From positions 1,704 to 65,703 of the forward strand of contig JADZBU010000292.1 in assembly GCA_020851955.1 (NCBI GenBank): a stretch of DNA of 64,000 nt, read 5' to 3'. The position numbers and the translations under genes are program-made. The stretch is from Chromatiaceae bacterium. Lineage in GTDB: Bacteria > Pseudomonadota > Gammaproteobacteria > Chromatiales > Chromatiaceae. The notes under the pieces were generated by a model. The model saw only the letters and a list, made by a program, of their open reading frames with translations, was not told the origin of the DNA and ran no database searches. Shown piece by piece: positions 20,801 through 29,702 of the stretch (positions are counted from its first letter, which is position 1; every line of letters starts with the position of its first letter).

Positions 20801-22061
20801 CAAAATTGTCCTCGGAATAGAGACGGATACAGATACCCGCGGCCACCCGTCCGCAGCGCCCCCGCCGCTGGTTGGCGGAGGCCTGGGAGACCCGCTCCAC
20901 CGGCAGACGCTGGACCTTGCCGCGATGACTGTAGCGGCTGATCCGGGCAAAGCCCGGGTCGATGACGTAATGGATGCCGGGCACCGTCAGGGAGGTCTCG
21001 GCGACCTTGGTCGCCAGTACCACCCGCCGGGTGCCATGGGCCTGGAAGATCCGCGCCTGCTCCGCCGGGCTCTGGCGGGCATAGAGGGGCAGGATTTCGG
21101 TCGAGGGCGGGTGGTGCTTGCGCAGGGTCTCGGCGGTCTCGCGGATCTCCCGCTCGCCGGAGAGAAAGACCAGGACATCGCCCCGCCCCTCCCGGGCCAG
21201 CTCGTCCACCGCCTGGGAGATGGCGACCTGCATCTCGTCGTCGCGCTCGCCCGCGTTCTCCTCCTCCGGCGGGCGATAGCGCACCTCCACCGGATAGGTG
21301 CGACCGCTGATCTCCAGGATAGGCGCCGGCCGGCCCTCGGCGTCCGCGAAATGGCTGGCAAACCGTTGGGGATCGATAGTGGCGGAGGTGACGATGACCT
21401 TGAGGTCCGGCCGCCGCGGCAGCAGGCCACGCAGATAGCCGAGCAGAAAGTCGATATTGAGGCCCCGCTCGTGGGCCTCGTCAATGATGAGGGTGTCGTA
21501 TTCCAGCAGCAGGCGATCCTGCTGCAACTCCGCCAGCAGGATGCCGTCCGTCATCAGCTTGATGCAGGTCTCGGGCCGCACCCGATCATGAAAGCGCACC
21601 TTGTAGCCCACCAGCCCGCCGGTCTCCCCGCCCAGCTCCTGGGCCACCCGGCTCGCCAGGGTGCGCGCCGCGATGCGCCGCGGCTGGGTGTGGCCGATCC
21701 GCCCGGCCAGGCCCCGTCCCAGTTGCAGGCAGATCTTCGGCAACTGGGTGGACTTGCCCGAGCCCGTCTCACCGCACAGGATCACCACCTGATGGCTGGC
21801 GATGAGCGCCGCCACTTCCTCACGCCGCTCGCTGACCGGCAACTCGGGGGGGAACTGGATCTCCGGCACCAGCGCCCGCCGCTGTTCCAGGATCGTCTGG
21901 GAGGCCTCGATCTCCCGCCAAAGCCGGGCCAGCCCCTCGGCGATGGGTTGACCCCGATCCTGGCGCTGGCGCAAGGACCGCAAACGCCGGCGCAAACCGG
22001 GACGGTCGGCCAGGAGGCAGGCGTCCAGATCAAAAGGGTTCGGAAGGTGGGGGTGGGTCAT
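17895..22061 (-). CDS. hrpA: ATP-dependent RNA helicase HrpA (DEAH box)
   Basis: 1388 aa with GETGSGKSTQLP (motif I), IIDEAHERGLNIDF (DEAH) and the HA2/OB and long C-terminal HrpA regions. It contains two unusual low-complexity insertions (see findings). Confidence 0.95.
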   Translation of the reverse strand: MTHPHLPNPFDLDACLLADRPGLRRRLRSLRQRQDRGQPIAEGLARLWREIEASQTILEQRRALVPEIQFPPELPVSERREEVAALIASHQVVILCGETGSGKSTQLPKICLQLGRGLAGRIGHTQPRRIAARTLASRVAQELGGETGGLVGYKVRFHDRVRPETCIKLMTDGILLAELQQDRLLLEYDTLIIDEAHERGLNIDFLLGYLRGLLPRRPDLKVIVTSATIDPQRFASHFADAEGRPAPILEISGRTYPVEVRYRPPEEENAGERDDEMQVAISQAVDELAREGRGDVLVFLSGEREIRETAETLRKHHPPSTEILPLYARQSPAEQARIFQAHGTRRVVLATKVAETSLTVPGIHYVIDPGFARISRYSHRGKVQRLPVERVSQASANQRRGRCGRVAAGICIRLYSEDNFESRTEYTEPEIHRANLAAVILRMKLLGFGEIEAFPFLDPPDGRLVADGYRTLEELAALDGQGQLTPLGQHLARLPLDPRIGRMLLASAELGCLTEMLVIVAALSVQDPRERPLEQRQAADEIHATFNHEDSDFLAFLNLWRFLEGERPHLTRNKFRKLCQRHFLSWNRVLEWRDVHIQLHAQMAEMGFKDQEPASRDAVTGPGSPGRLNRQPPLLNPPPPGGRGQEQHYAALHLALLSGLLGHIGFRDEGREYQGARNSRFMIHPGSGLYDKMPKWIVAAERVETTRQYGRIVARVQPAWIEEAGRHLIQRSYSEPHWQASSGQVAAYEKLTLFGITIVPKRRVNYGPINPAEARAIFIRFALTAGDFETRAPFWRHNRELIAYIQHLEAKSRRRDILVDEEAIQAFYEERVPAGIYSAPLFERWLRQASRKDPKLLYLRLADAMRHEAGAVTAQAFPDHFQVGATALPLEYRFDPGQDEDGITLVVPAPLINQVSPDRCEWLVPGLLAERIGALLRGLPKTWRKLLVPIPDTAERLAARLKPSDRPLIQALGEEIKAMTGIQVPEDAWDPAAIPAHLRMKFRLLDEAGQSLAVGDDYPRLQRQFGGSGRQAFAQIPSQGLERDGITRWDFGDLPESLDLDRGGIRLRGYPALVDQGDSVALRVLDSREGADLAQRTGLRRLLMLNLGSEVRQLRRNLPGLDRMRLQYAKVPDGEVGLVGTGTGGPGPSGGTGVGTAGAGAGAGAGRQAQPGEAIRVGAVGAARGKANQQPKPLDLADEVLALIFDLTFLEEAPTIRDRASFEARLASRKAQLTRVSTEVMVLVGRILDDYQALRQNLAAITQSNWMPSVLDLKAQLDGLIYRGFLLAVPYAHLKDYPRYLKAAQERLDKLFHAAAKDQAHLRELTPLLEKWRERVAVTRAAGRHDPRLEEIRWMFEELRISLFAQRLGTAYPISLKRIEARWRELGL
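18568..18594 (-). repeat. Hexanucleotide microsatellite (GCCCCC)4 inside hrpA, encoding (Gly-Ala)n
   Basis: The plus strand reads gccccc gccccc gccccc gccccc gcc. The protein reads TAGAGAGAGAGRQ within a Gly/Ala/Thr-rich insertion. Confidence 0.85.
20128..20169 (-). repeat. GC-rich palindromic repeat, copy 2, inside hrpA
   Basis: The reverse complement is gccccctctcctcaaccctcccccgccaggggggagggggca, almost identical to 12195..12236. It translates in frame as [12 protein letters not shown]. Confidence 0.7.
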
Positions 22062-22258
22062 CTGACCGCTGGACCTGATTGGGCAGTGCTACATGGAGAT
22101 TGACGGCGGTACGCAGGCGTCATATGCCTTAACTGGAGGCGATGATCTTACCCGGACGCCGGACCAAGAGCGATCGGTACTGCTCTCCTGAAAATGGGTT
22201 CGTTTGGTAATTTTGCCCTTTTTGAGCGTTCCACTAGGCCAGGCACAGCCCTCTGCGA

Positions 22259-22288
22259 TTGTCGGGACATCGTCCGTACGGCTACAAT
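22259..22288 (+). promoter_or_regulatory. Candidate sigma70-type promoter for the toxin-antitoxin pair
   Basis: TTGTCG, an 18-nt spacer, then TACAAT, ending about 30 nt upstream of the antitoxin ATG. Based on pattern match only. Confidence 0.25.
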
Positions 22289-22318
22289 GACAGCATCTTC
22301 AATCGGCAGGGGCGAATC

Positions 22319-22597
22319 ATGAGTGCTTTAAATCTTTCCAAGACCGAACGCATAGACGTTCGTGCCAGCACGCTGGTCAAGCAACTTCTGCAAGAAGCCG
22401 CGCGCGCGTGCCACAAAAACGTCAGCGAATTCCTGCTTGATGCGGGCGTGACGGCGGCGGCTCAAACACTGGCGGATCGTCGTCGGTTCGTGCTGAACGA
22501 GGAGGAGTGGCAGGCGTTCCAGGAAGCGCTGGATCGTCCGGTGCAAACCAAGCCGCGCCTGAAGAAGCTGTTGCGGGAACCCGGGGTGCTCGGTTGA
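22319..22597 (+). CDS. DUF1778/TacA-type (RHH) antitoxin
   Basis: 92 aa, MSALNLSKTERIDVRASTLVKQLLQEAA...FVLNEEEWQAFQEALDRP, which is the typical TacA/DUF1778 sequence. Its stop overlaps the start of the GNAT gene. Confidence 0.8.
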   Translation: MSALNLSKTERIDVRASTLVKQLLQEAARACHKNVSEFLLDAGVTAAAQTLADRRRFVLNEEEWQAFQEALDRPVQTKPRLKKLLREPGVLG

Positions 22598-23097
22598 GCG
22601 ATGGCTACGCACCCGTTCGCAAGCTGGCCGCAACGGATCAGACCGATGTTTTCGATTGCGGCCAGGCCGCGCTAAACCAGTTCCTGCAACGCTACGCATT
22701 CGTCAACCAGAAGGCCAACAGGGCGCAGACCTACGTCTGCTGTCAAGGTGACGTGGTGGTCGGCTTCTACAGCCTTGCCGTCGGCAGCGTCGATCCGGAA
22801 GCCGCCCCCTCGAGACTAATGAAGGACCTGGCGCGTCACCCGGTGCCGGTCATGATCCTGGCCCGACTCGCGGTGGACAAGGAGCCTCAAGGCACAGGGC
22901 TGGGCCAGGCTTTACTCAAAGATGCACTGTTGCGCACGGCACAGGCAGCCGACATTGCCGGCATTCGCTGCCTGCTGGTGCATGCCAAGGACGATACGGC
23001 GCAGCGCTGGTACGAGTCCTGGGAGTTCGAGCCCAGCCCGAGCGATCCGTATCACCTGTTCCTGATGCTGAAGGATCTCAGGAGTTTGTTAGCCTGA
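22594..23097 (+). CDS. GNAT-family acetyltransferase toxin (TacT-like)
   Basis: About 167 aa beginning at a TTG that overlaps the antitoxin stop (TTGA). FDCGQAALNQFLQRYA and the acetyl-CoA site QGTGLGQALLKDAL are typical of TacT/GNAT toxins. Confidence 0.75.
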   Translation: MSDGYAPVRKLAATDQTDVFDCGQAALNQFLQRYAFVNQKANRAQTYVCCQGDVVVGFYSLAVGSVDPEAAPSRLMKDLARHPVPVMILARLAVDKEPQGTGLGQALLKDALLRTAQAADIAGIRCLLVHAKDDTAQRWYESWEFEPSPSDPYHLFLMLKDLRSLLA

Positions 23098-23229
23098 AGG
23101 GGGCATGCCCGCCCCCTTGGCCAGATCGGCCAGCCAGATGACCGGCCAGTTGGCGACGATGGCCATGTAGTACCAGGGGCCAAAGGTCACCGGCAGCCAG
23201 GCCAAAACCTGCCTAATGTAGAAGAGGCT

Positions 23230-23357
23230 GATTGACCTTGAGGTCCGGCCACCGTGGCAGCAGGCCACGCAGGTAGCCGAGCAAAATGTCGATATTGAGG
23301 CCCAGCTCGTGGGCCTCGTCAATGATGAGGGAGTCGTATTGCTACAGCAGGCGATCC
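23230..23357 (-). pseudogene. Orphan fragment of an hrpA-like gene (DEAH-box region)
   Basis: About 128 bp that align with hrpA 21393..21519 at roughly 90 percent identity by eye. It encodes ...[33 protein letters not shown] with no surrounding helicase ORF. Confidence 0.7.
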
Positions 23358-23911
23358 GCTCGATCAGGTGATCTGAAGGTAATATTGTTAAAAAACAATG
23401 GGCATAACCCATAGCTAAAGACGGGATAATTGGCTTTGTTTCGTAATTTGGCCCTTGCGCGGTTTACCTTATCAAAGAATCAGATTGGCATCCCTGGTGA
23501 CCCCAACCTTGAGGGCATCCTCTAGTACCAAAAGGCAGCAAGACCACCGAAGCCACATGCAGATAACGTGCACATGAAAAAAACGCCGTAATCAGGTTGG
23601 GAAGAAGTCAGCATGGTCGGTTTCGACATGATTCAGGATTAAAGTCTGAAGGGCCGTCACTGGGGAAAGGATCGTTAGCCGTACCGCCGCGCCTGCCCCA
23701 TAGCCCCCTCCACGGGACACTGAAGAGACCGCAGTCAATCAGCGCCGCGCTCCCATTATTCCAGCCATAACTCCTAGCAGGAGCCCATACCACAGCGTGG
23801 TGCAGAATCATGGGCATGGCGCTGGTGGTATTCACAGTGCTTCCCCGTCCGATGCCATTCAATATCCGCAGGTCCAATGCTTATTATTACCCGGCCTGCG
23901 CTTCCAACTCA

Positions 23912-25117
23912 TCAGAAAATAGTAACGTTGCTGGAATGACATATGAACCCCCTATCTTCGAACCAACAAACTCCTTCTTGAACAACAGTTAGGGTCAATT
24001 TGTAATTTCCTTTTTCGCTTGGAGCAACAACCCTAACAACTTCCTTGACTGACTTATTAGGGAGGACGACTTGACTTGTCAAATTACTTCGGACCCCATC
24101 ATAAATGAGATAACTTTCATCAATATTTTTCCAGTGGTAGCTAAGTAAGACTGGATGGGTACCGTAGCCATGCCATATCTCATCACCCGCATTACTTAGT
24201 GTCACCGGAACATCAAATACTTCGCCAACCGCAACAGAAGTGATTATCGAATCTGCCTGGACAGTACCGTTAGGATTGATAACCACGGGAGTCGAAAATC
24301 GCTTTTGAGTGGCAGAGATTCCCTGTAAAGACGCTATCGAATCCAGTTTCCCCTGAATTTCCCGATCGAAACCCGCCACCAGATTTGGGAATTTATGGTT
24401 AATAACATGCTGGTACATTACATGATAAGCGCGGTCTGGCAAATGCAAGTCGACAATGTTGACGTTGTCCGTGTCAATTGCATAAAGGTGAGGAAAAACT
24501 GAGCGCATAAAATCAAGAAAATCTGGAATCGTGATACGCTGCAATACATCTAGACAGAAATGATTCATTTCCATAACGACCGTAGGCTGGTGTTTCCGTA
24601 AAAACTCTCTCCCACCTTTGATTACATTCTGTTCAAAACCTTCAACATCTATCTTCAAAAACTTGACAGGAAATTCAGTATCATAAAAATAATTATCAAG
24701 TGTATCGATTTTAATTTCTTCTGTCAGATGCCCGGTCTCAAGCCTGATTTTATCGCTGACATAGCCACCTGAACGGTTATTTTTTGCAAAGGTTATCGTC
24801 AGAGATTCTCGCTCACTGCCAAGACCGAGGTTTACTGCCTCCACATTACCTATACCTGCCCTGTAAAGATTATCAGCAAGAATTTTGTAGGTTGTGGGGC
24901 TTGGCTCAAATGCAAATACTTTCCGAGCCAGGGTCGAAAACAATATCCCTGTCAATCCAATATTTGCACCAATATCAGCCACCACGTCATCAGGTCCGAC
25001 AAGCGTACGAAATAGTTCCACCATATGCGGCTCGAAGTTATCGCCTATCGTATCGAGATAGTTATCATCGGAGGTGATGGAATAAACTTTGTCTCCAATT
25101 TTTACTTCTCTTTTCAT
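23912..25117 (-). CDS. FkbM-family SAM-dependent methyltransferase with an extra C-terminal beta-rich domain
   Basis: 401 aa with VADIGANIGL (SAM motif), FLKIDVEGFE (the FkbM signature) and AT-rich codon usage. It is a paralog of 37021..38280. Confidence 0.8.
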   Translation of the reverse strand: MKREVKIGDKVYSITSDDNYLDTIGDNFEPHMVELFRTLVGPDDVVADIGANIGLTGILFSTLARKVFAFEPSPTTYKILADNLYRAGIGNVEAVNLGLGSERESLTITFAKNNRSGGYVSDKIRLETGHLTEEIKIDTLDNYFYDTEFPVKFLKIDVEGFEQNVIKGGREFLRKHQPTVVMEMNHFCLDVLQRITIPDFLDFMRSVFPHLYAIDTDNVNIVDLHLPDRAYHVMYQHVINHKFPNLVAGFDREIQGKLDSIASLQGISATQKRFSTPVVINPNGTVQADSIITSVAVGEVFDVPVTLSNAGDEIWHGYGTHPVLLSYHWKNIDESYLIYDGVRSNLTSQVVLPNKSVKEVVRVVAPSEKGNYKLTLTVVQEGVCWFEDRGFICHSSNVTIF

Positions 25118-25344
25118 GATGATGCCTCTTGGTTATAGATAAATGATCCAACCGCATGACGGCTGAGGTCAAGGGAATCTAGCATCAAGGGAGGGCGCTC
25201 TGCAAGGGCACAGTGCGAACCGATGGCCGCTGACGCGGGGGAGAAGGGTAGCAAACCCTCGAATGTCAACAATACATCCGCCAGCAACCGGGTCCACCTC
25301 ATTATGTGTTAACAACTCCTAGATCAAACCACCTTGGCCTTGGC

Positions 25345-26508
25345 TTACCCCTGAATCAGAGCCAACATCCTTTCCAAGAAAATACTTTCGTCGAATATGG
25401 CCGCTCGTTGCTCGCACCGCTTGCGCATCACCTGGGGATTCATGCCCTCCAGCTTCTCCACCGCATCGCGGAGCTTCTGGGGCGTTAAATTATCCTTGAT
25501 TAACAAGCCAGTCTTGCCATCCAGGATAGTTTCTAGCAAGCCGCCCTCGGCAACCCCAATCACCGGTTTGCCCGCCGCCATCGCCTCCACGGGCGACATG
25601 CCAAAATCCTCGTCCATCGGCACATAAACCGCTGCCCGGGCATTGCCAACCAGGACCCGGAGTTCCTCCTCGGCTACCCAGCCCGTAAACGAGATATTGA
25701 CTGCCCCAGCCGCCAGTTGCTTCAACCGCTCCAATTCCGAGCCACCGGAGGTGACGATCAAACGGCGATCGGGCATGAGCATAAAGGCACGCACCACTAC
25801 GTCAACCCGCTTAAAATCCTCAAGCCGCGCCAGGGAGATGTAATAGCCCCCATCCCCTAGCCACTGGAAGCGCCGTATATCCACCGGGGGATGAATCACC
25901 ACGGCATCGCGCCCAAAGTGACGGATCAAGCGGTTACGCACATTTTCCGAATTCGCCACCACCACATCCATGCGCGCTAAGGCCTTGGTGTACTTGCTGA
26001 TAACGACCGCGATCAGTGCTGACAGGACTGGTCGAGCGATCCACGGCACCTTACGCATGTAATGCTCGCGGAGATCGAAACAAAACCGGGGAATGGTATG
26101 ACAGTAGAGAAGATTTCTTCCCCGCCGCCGACGCCTTACGGCGAAGGGCGCGTAAATACCGCTGAAAAGGGCCCAATCGTAGAGATCCAGCCTGGGAGTT
26201 AGCCTTTCAAAAGCCCAGATCACGCGCAGAATTTGCCATGGGGGAAAATTGGAGAAAGCACGCAAGTCAAAGACCCGGCCACCTTGACTACCCAGGACGG
26301 GAAAGGCTGGCCAATTCACAAAGCCCGCGCACAGGTCGGTTCCCGGCAGATGGTTGAGAAGCGTCTGGGTGAGTTTCTCGGCGCCCCCATTTACGGCCAT
26401 GAAGTCATAAAGAAAAATCCCTCGTTCGGCCACGCGCGTATCCTCCATATCCAGCAAATCAACATCTATCCCAACCCGGAACAGCCCCCGCAGGCAGCAA
26501 GGAACCAT
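25345..26508 (-). CDS. GT4-family glycosyltransferase
   Basis: C-terminal EDFGMSPVEAMAAGKPVIGVAEGGLLETI, the E-x7-E retaining GT-B motif. The start may be the internal Met at 26448. Confidence 0.8.
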   Translation of the reverse strand: MVPCCLRGLFRVGIDVDLLDMEDTRVAERGIFLYDFMAVNGGAEKLTQTLLNHLPGTDLCAGFVNWPAFPVLGSQGGRVFDLRAFSNFPPWQILRVIWAFERLTPRLDLYDWALFSGIYAPFAVRRRRRGRNLLYCHTIPRFCFDLREHYMRKVPWIARPVLSALIAVVISKYTKALARMDVVVANSENVRNRLIRHFGRDAVVIHPPVDIRRFQWLGDGGYYISLARLEDFKRVDVVVRAFMLMPDRRLIVTSGGSELERLKQLAAGAVNISFTGWVAEEELRVLVGNARAAVYVPMDEDFGMSPVEAMAAGKPVIGVAEGGLLETILDGKTGLLIKDNLTPQKLRDAVEKLEGMNPQVMRKRCEQRAAIFDESIFLERMLALIQG

Positions 26509-26729
26509 GCCGCGACGGCCCGAGGCGCATCAAAACTGTATCAACCTCAGCCTTGGCATGGGCTTGGGCTTGGACAAGATCGCGAGTTGCTGATGACTCT
26601 GGCCATACCCCATAATATTGGATTAATCTAGTCATTGACGATTCATAAAATTCCCCTATCGTCTACGCTAGAAAGGCCAGGATGGCTGTCTATCCAAACC
26701 TCCACGATCCCCGCAGGAGCTTTGCTGGC

Positions 26730-27722
26730 ATGACCATCGCCTTCATCACAGGTATCACCGGCCAGGACGGTTCCTACCTCACGGAGTTGTTACTCGCACA
26801 GGGCTACGAAGTTCATGGCGCCGTGCGTCGCACCAGCTCCCTGGATCGCAGCCGTCTCGCCCATCTTTACGCCGACCCAACTCTTTATAATCATAGGCTT
26901 TTCCTTCATTACGCGGACCTGGATGACCCAACCACCCTGCGCCGGGTGCTGACCAAGGTTGCGCCGCGTGAGGTCTATCACCTCGCCGGCCAGAGCCACG
27001 TCGGGCTCAGCTTCGAAATACCCGAGACGACTTGTGAATTTACCGCCATGGGTACGCTGCGCCTTCTGGAAATTCTCCGCGATCTGCCCGAGCCGCCCCG
27101 TTTTTTCCATGCCACTTCCAGTGAAATCTTCGGCCGCCCCCTAGAAGTTCCCCAAACCGAAACGACCCCCATCGCCCCGGTCAACCCCTACGGCTGTGCC
27201 AAGGCCTTCGCGACCCAGATGGTACGGGTTTACCGCGAGGCCCATGGGCTCTTCGCCGTCAATGGCATTCTCTACAACCACGAATCGCCCCGCCGGGGCG
27301 AAAACTTTGTCACCCGCAAAATATGTCGCGCCGCCGCCGCCATCAAGGCTGGCCACCAGAGCAAACTACCCCTGGGGGACACTTCCGCGCGGCGTGACTG
27401 GGGCCATGCCCGCGATTACGTCCGAGGTATGTGGCTGTCGCTCAGGCATGACACCCCCGACGATTACATCTTCGCCACGGGCCAACTCCACAGCGTACAG
27501 GATGTGCTGGAGAATGCCTTTGCCGCCCTTGACCTGGATTGGCACAAGTACGTCGAGACCGACCCCCACCTCCTGCGTCCTGCCGAGCCCATGCAGTTGG
27601 TAGGGAACGCAGACAAGGCGCGCACCACCCTCGGGTGGTTACCGCAGACCAGTTTCACCGATCTCATCCATGAAATGACCCGAGCCGAGTTCCAGGTTCT
27701 GGCCGATACATCCATTAACTAG
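26730..27722 (+). CDS. GDP-mannose 4,6-dehydratase-family paralog (short form; role may be dehydratase or reductase)
   Basis: [12 protein letters not shown] Rossmann motif, TSSE, YGCAK (YxxxK) and [16 protein letters not shown], all Gmd hallmarks. It is clearly diverged from the adjacent gmd. Confidence 0.75.
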   Translation: MTIAFITGITGQDGSYLTELLLAQGYEVHGAVRRTSSLDRSRLAHLYADPTLYNHRLFLHYADLDDPTTLRRVLTKVAPREVYHLAGQSHVGLSFEIPETTCEFTAMGTLRLLEILRDLPEPPRFFHATSSEIFGRPLEVPQTETTPIAPVNPYGCAKAFATQMVRVYREAHGLFAVNGILYNHESPRRGENFVTRKICRAAAAIKAGHQSKLPLGDTSARRDWGHARDYVRGMWLSLRHDTPDDYIFATGQLHSVQDVLENAFAALDLDWHKYVETDPHLLRPAEPMQLVGNADKARTTLGWLPQTSFTDLIHEMTRAEFQVLADTSIN

Positions 27723-27735
27723 TCATCATCATCCC

Positions 27736-28827
27736 ATGTCCCAGCCCAAAATCGCACTTATCACCGGCATTACTGGCCAAGACGGCGCCTACCTGGCGGA
27801 GTTCCTGCTCCGCAAGGGCTACCTCGTTCACGGCATCAAGCGCCGCAGCTCCCTCTTCAACACCGACCGCATCGATCACCTCTATCAGGATCCTCACGAT
27901 CCAGACCGCCGCCTGATCCTTCACCATGGCGACATGACCGATTCCAGCAGCCTGGTGCGCATCCTCCAACACACTCAGCCCGACGAAATCTATAACCTTG
28001 CGGCCCAAAGTCACGTCGCCGTGTCCTTTGAGGAGCCGGAGTACACCGCCAATTCCGACGCCTTGGGCGCACTGCGCCTGCTGGAGGCCATTCGCATCCT
28101 GGGGCTGGAAAAAAAGACCCGCTTCTATCAAGCCTCCACCTCGGAACTCTACGGCCTGGTTCAGCAAGTGCCCCAGACCGAGACCACCCCCTTCTACCCG
28201 CGCAGCCCCTACGCCGTCGCCAAGCTCTACGCCTACTGGATCACGGTCAACTACCGCGAGGCCTACGGCATTTACGCCTGCAATGGCATCCTCTTCAACC
28301 ATGAGAGTCCCCTGCGCGGCGAGACCTTTGTCACCCGTAAGATTACCCGCGCCCTTGCGCGCATCAAACTGGGTCTGCAGGAATGCCTCTATCTCGGTAA
28401 CCTCGACGCCAAACGCGACTGGGGCCATGCCCGCGATTATGTGGAAATGCAGTGGCTTATGCTCCAGCAGGAAAAACCCGAGGATTATGTGATCGCGAGC
28501 GGCGAGCAACACAGCGTGCGCACCTTTGTCGATCTTGCCGCCGCCGAACTGGGCATCCACCTTACCTGGAGCGGCCAGGGCATCGATGAAGAGGGCCATG
28601 ACGCCCAGGGTATCTGCCGGGTAGCCGTGGATCCACGTTACTTCCGCCCCACCGAGGTCGAAAGCCTGCTGGGGGACGCCAGTAAGGCCAGGCTTCAACT
28701 CGGCTGGCAACCCAAGACCAGCTTCCCTGACCTGGTGCGGGAAATGGTACGCGAGGATCTCAAGGGCGCCGAGCGAGATGAACTCATCCAACAGCATGGT
28801 TATAAAGCCTTTGACCGTCATGAGTGA
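27736..28827 (+). CDS. gmd: GDP-mannose 4,6-dehydratase
   Basis: 363 aa, [19 protein letters not shown]...STSELYG...YAVAKLY...[18 protein letters not shown], with the canonical Gmd sequence throughout. Confidence 0.9.
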   Translation: MSQPKIALITGITGQDGAYLAEFLLRKGYLVHGIKRRSSLFNTDRIDHLYQDPHDPDRRLILHHGDMTDSSSLVRILQHTQPDEIYNLAAQSHVAVSFEEPEYTANSDALGALRLLEAIRILGLEKKTRFYQASTSELYGLVQQVPQTETTPFYPRSPYAVAKLYAYWITVNYREAYGIYACNGILFNHESPLRGETFVTRKITRALARIKLGLQECLYLGNLDAKRDWGHARDYVEMQWLMLQQEKPEDYVIASGEQHSVRTFVDLAAAELGIHLTWSGQGIDEEGHDAQGICRVAVDPRYFRPTEVESLLGDASKARLQLGWQPKTSFPDLVREMVREDLKGAERDELIQQHGYKAFDRHE

Positions 28828-28874
28828 TCAGCGAAATATCATGACCATCAATCCTAGCCTGTGCCACCAATAAT

Positions 28875-29702
28875 ATGAACGAAAACCAGGTGTCACGGCT
28901 GCCAGGCCTGATAATGATCCGCGCCCTTTGGGCTTATCGTGGGTTCGTCATGAGTAGTGTCGCCCGCGAATTCAGTGGGCGTTACCGCGAGTCCCTGCTG
29001 GGCACTTTCTGGTCGGTAGCCAATCCCCTGACCATGATTGTGATCTACACCGTGATCTTCGGCCAAATCATGCGGCCTTCCCTCCCAGGCCATGAGCAGA
29101 CCCCCTTTGCTTTCAGCATCTATCTCTGTGCGGGGGTCATCACTTGGGGTCTGTTTGGAGAAATGCTCGCACGCCTGAACAGCGTCTTCCTGGAAAACGG
29201 CAACCTGATCAAAAAATCCAATTTCCCGCGCATCTGCCTCCCAGCAATCGTCACTCTGTCCGCACTGGTCAATTTCGGCATCATCTTCGCTCTTTACTTG
29301 GTTTTTCTTGCCATCATTGGTCACTGGCCGGGGTGGGTGCTACTCGCCCTCGTCCCATTACTCGCACTGCAACTCCTGTTCACCCTGGGCTTGGGCATTT
29401 TTTTAGGCACCCTCAATGTCTTTTTCCGGGATGTCGGACAATTCACCGGCGTGGTATTGCAATTCTGGTTTTGGCTCACCCCTATTGTTTACACCATCTC
29501 GATTCTCCCCGAAGGCGCGCGTGACGCCTTTGCAATGAATCCGTTGCAACCGCTTATGGCTGCTTATCAAAATCTGTTTCTTGATCACCAGTTACCCGAC
29601 TTTTCATCGCTCTTACCCCTCGCGCTGCTGACCCTCATTTTTTTGGGGCTCGGCGCAACCTTCTTTCTCAGTCACGTCGGCGAGATGGTGGACGAGCTAT
29701 GA
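28875..29702 (+). CDS. wzm: O-antigen/polysaccharide ABC transporter permease (ABC-2 type)
   Basis: 275 aa with six hydrophobic segments and ABC-2 family composition. Translationally coupled (ATGA) to the ATPase gene. Confidence 0.85.
   Translation: MNENQVSRLPGLIMIRALWAYRGFVMSSVAREFSGRYRESLLGTFWSVANPLTMIVIYTVIFGQIMRPSLPGHEQTPFAFSIYLCAGVITWGLFGEMLARLNSVFLENGNLIKKSNFPRICLPAIVTLSALVNFGIIFALYLVFLAIIGHWPGWVLLALVPLLALQLLFTLGLGIFLGTLNVFFRDVGQFTGVVLQFWFWLTPIVYTISILPEGARDAFAMNPLQPLMAAYQNLFLDHQLPDFSSLLPLALLTLIFLGLGATFFLSHVGEMVDEL

Noticed and set aside
23089-23412. 107-aa ORF on the minus strand downstream of the GNAT toxin.
   Set aside because: It is a chimeric read-through of two gene fragments: a membrane-protein tail and the hrpA relic read out of frame. 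The same out-of-frame peptide, [20 protein letters not shown], appears in the shadow ORF 20987..21484 of the real hrpA.
23608-23877. 89-aa minus-strand ORF with a faint resemblance to the C-terminus of hexapeptide-repeat sugar acetyltransferases (IGRGSTVN…HAVVWAPAR).
   Set aside because: The similarity is too weak and short to support by eye. There is no convincing start or ribosome-binding site. At best it is another relic in the junction region.
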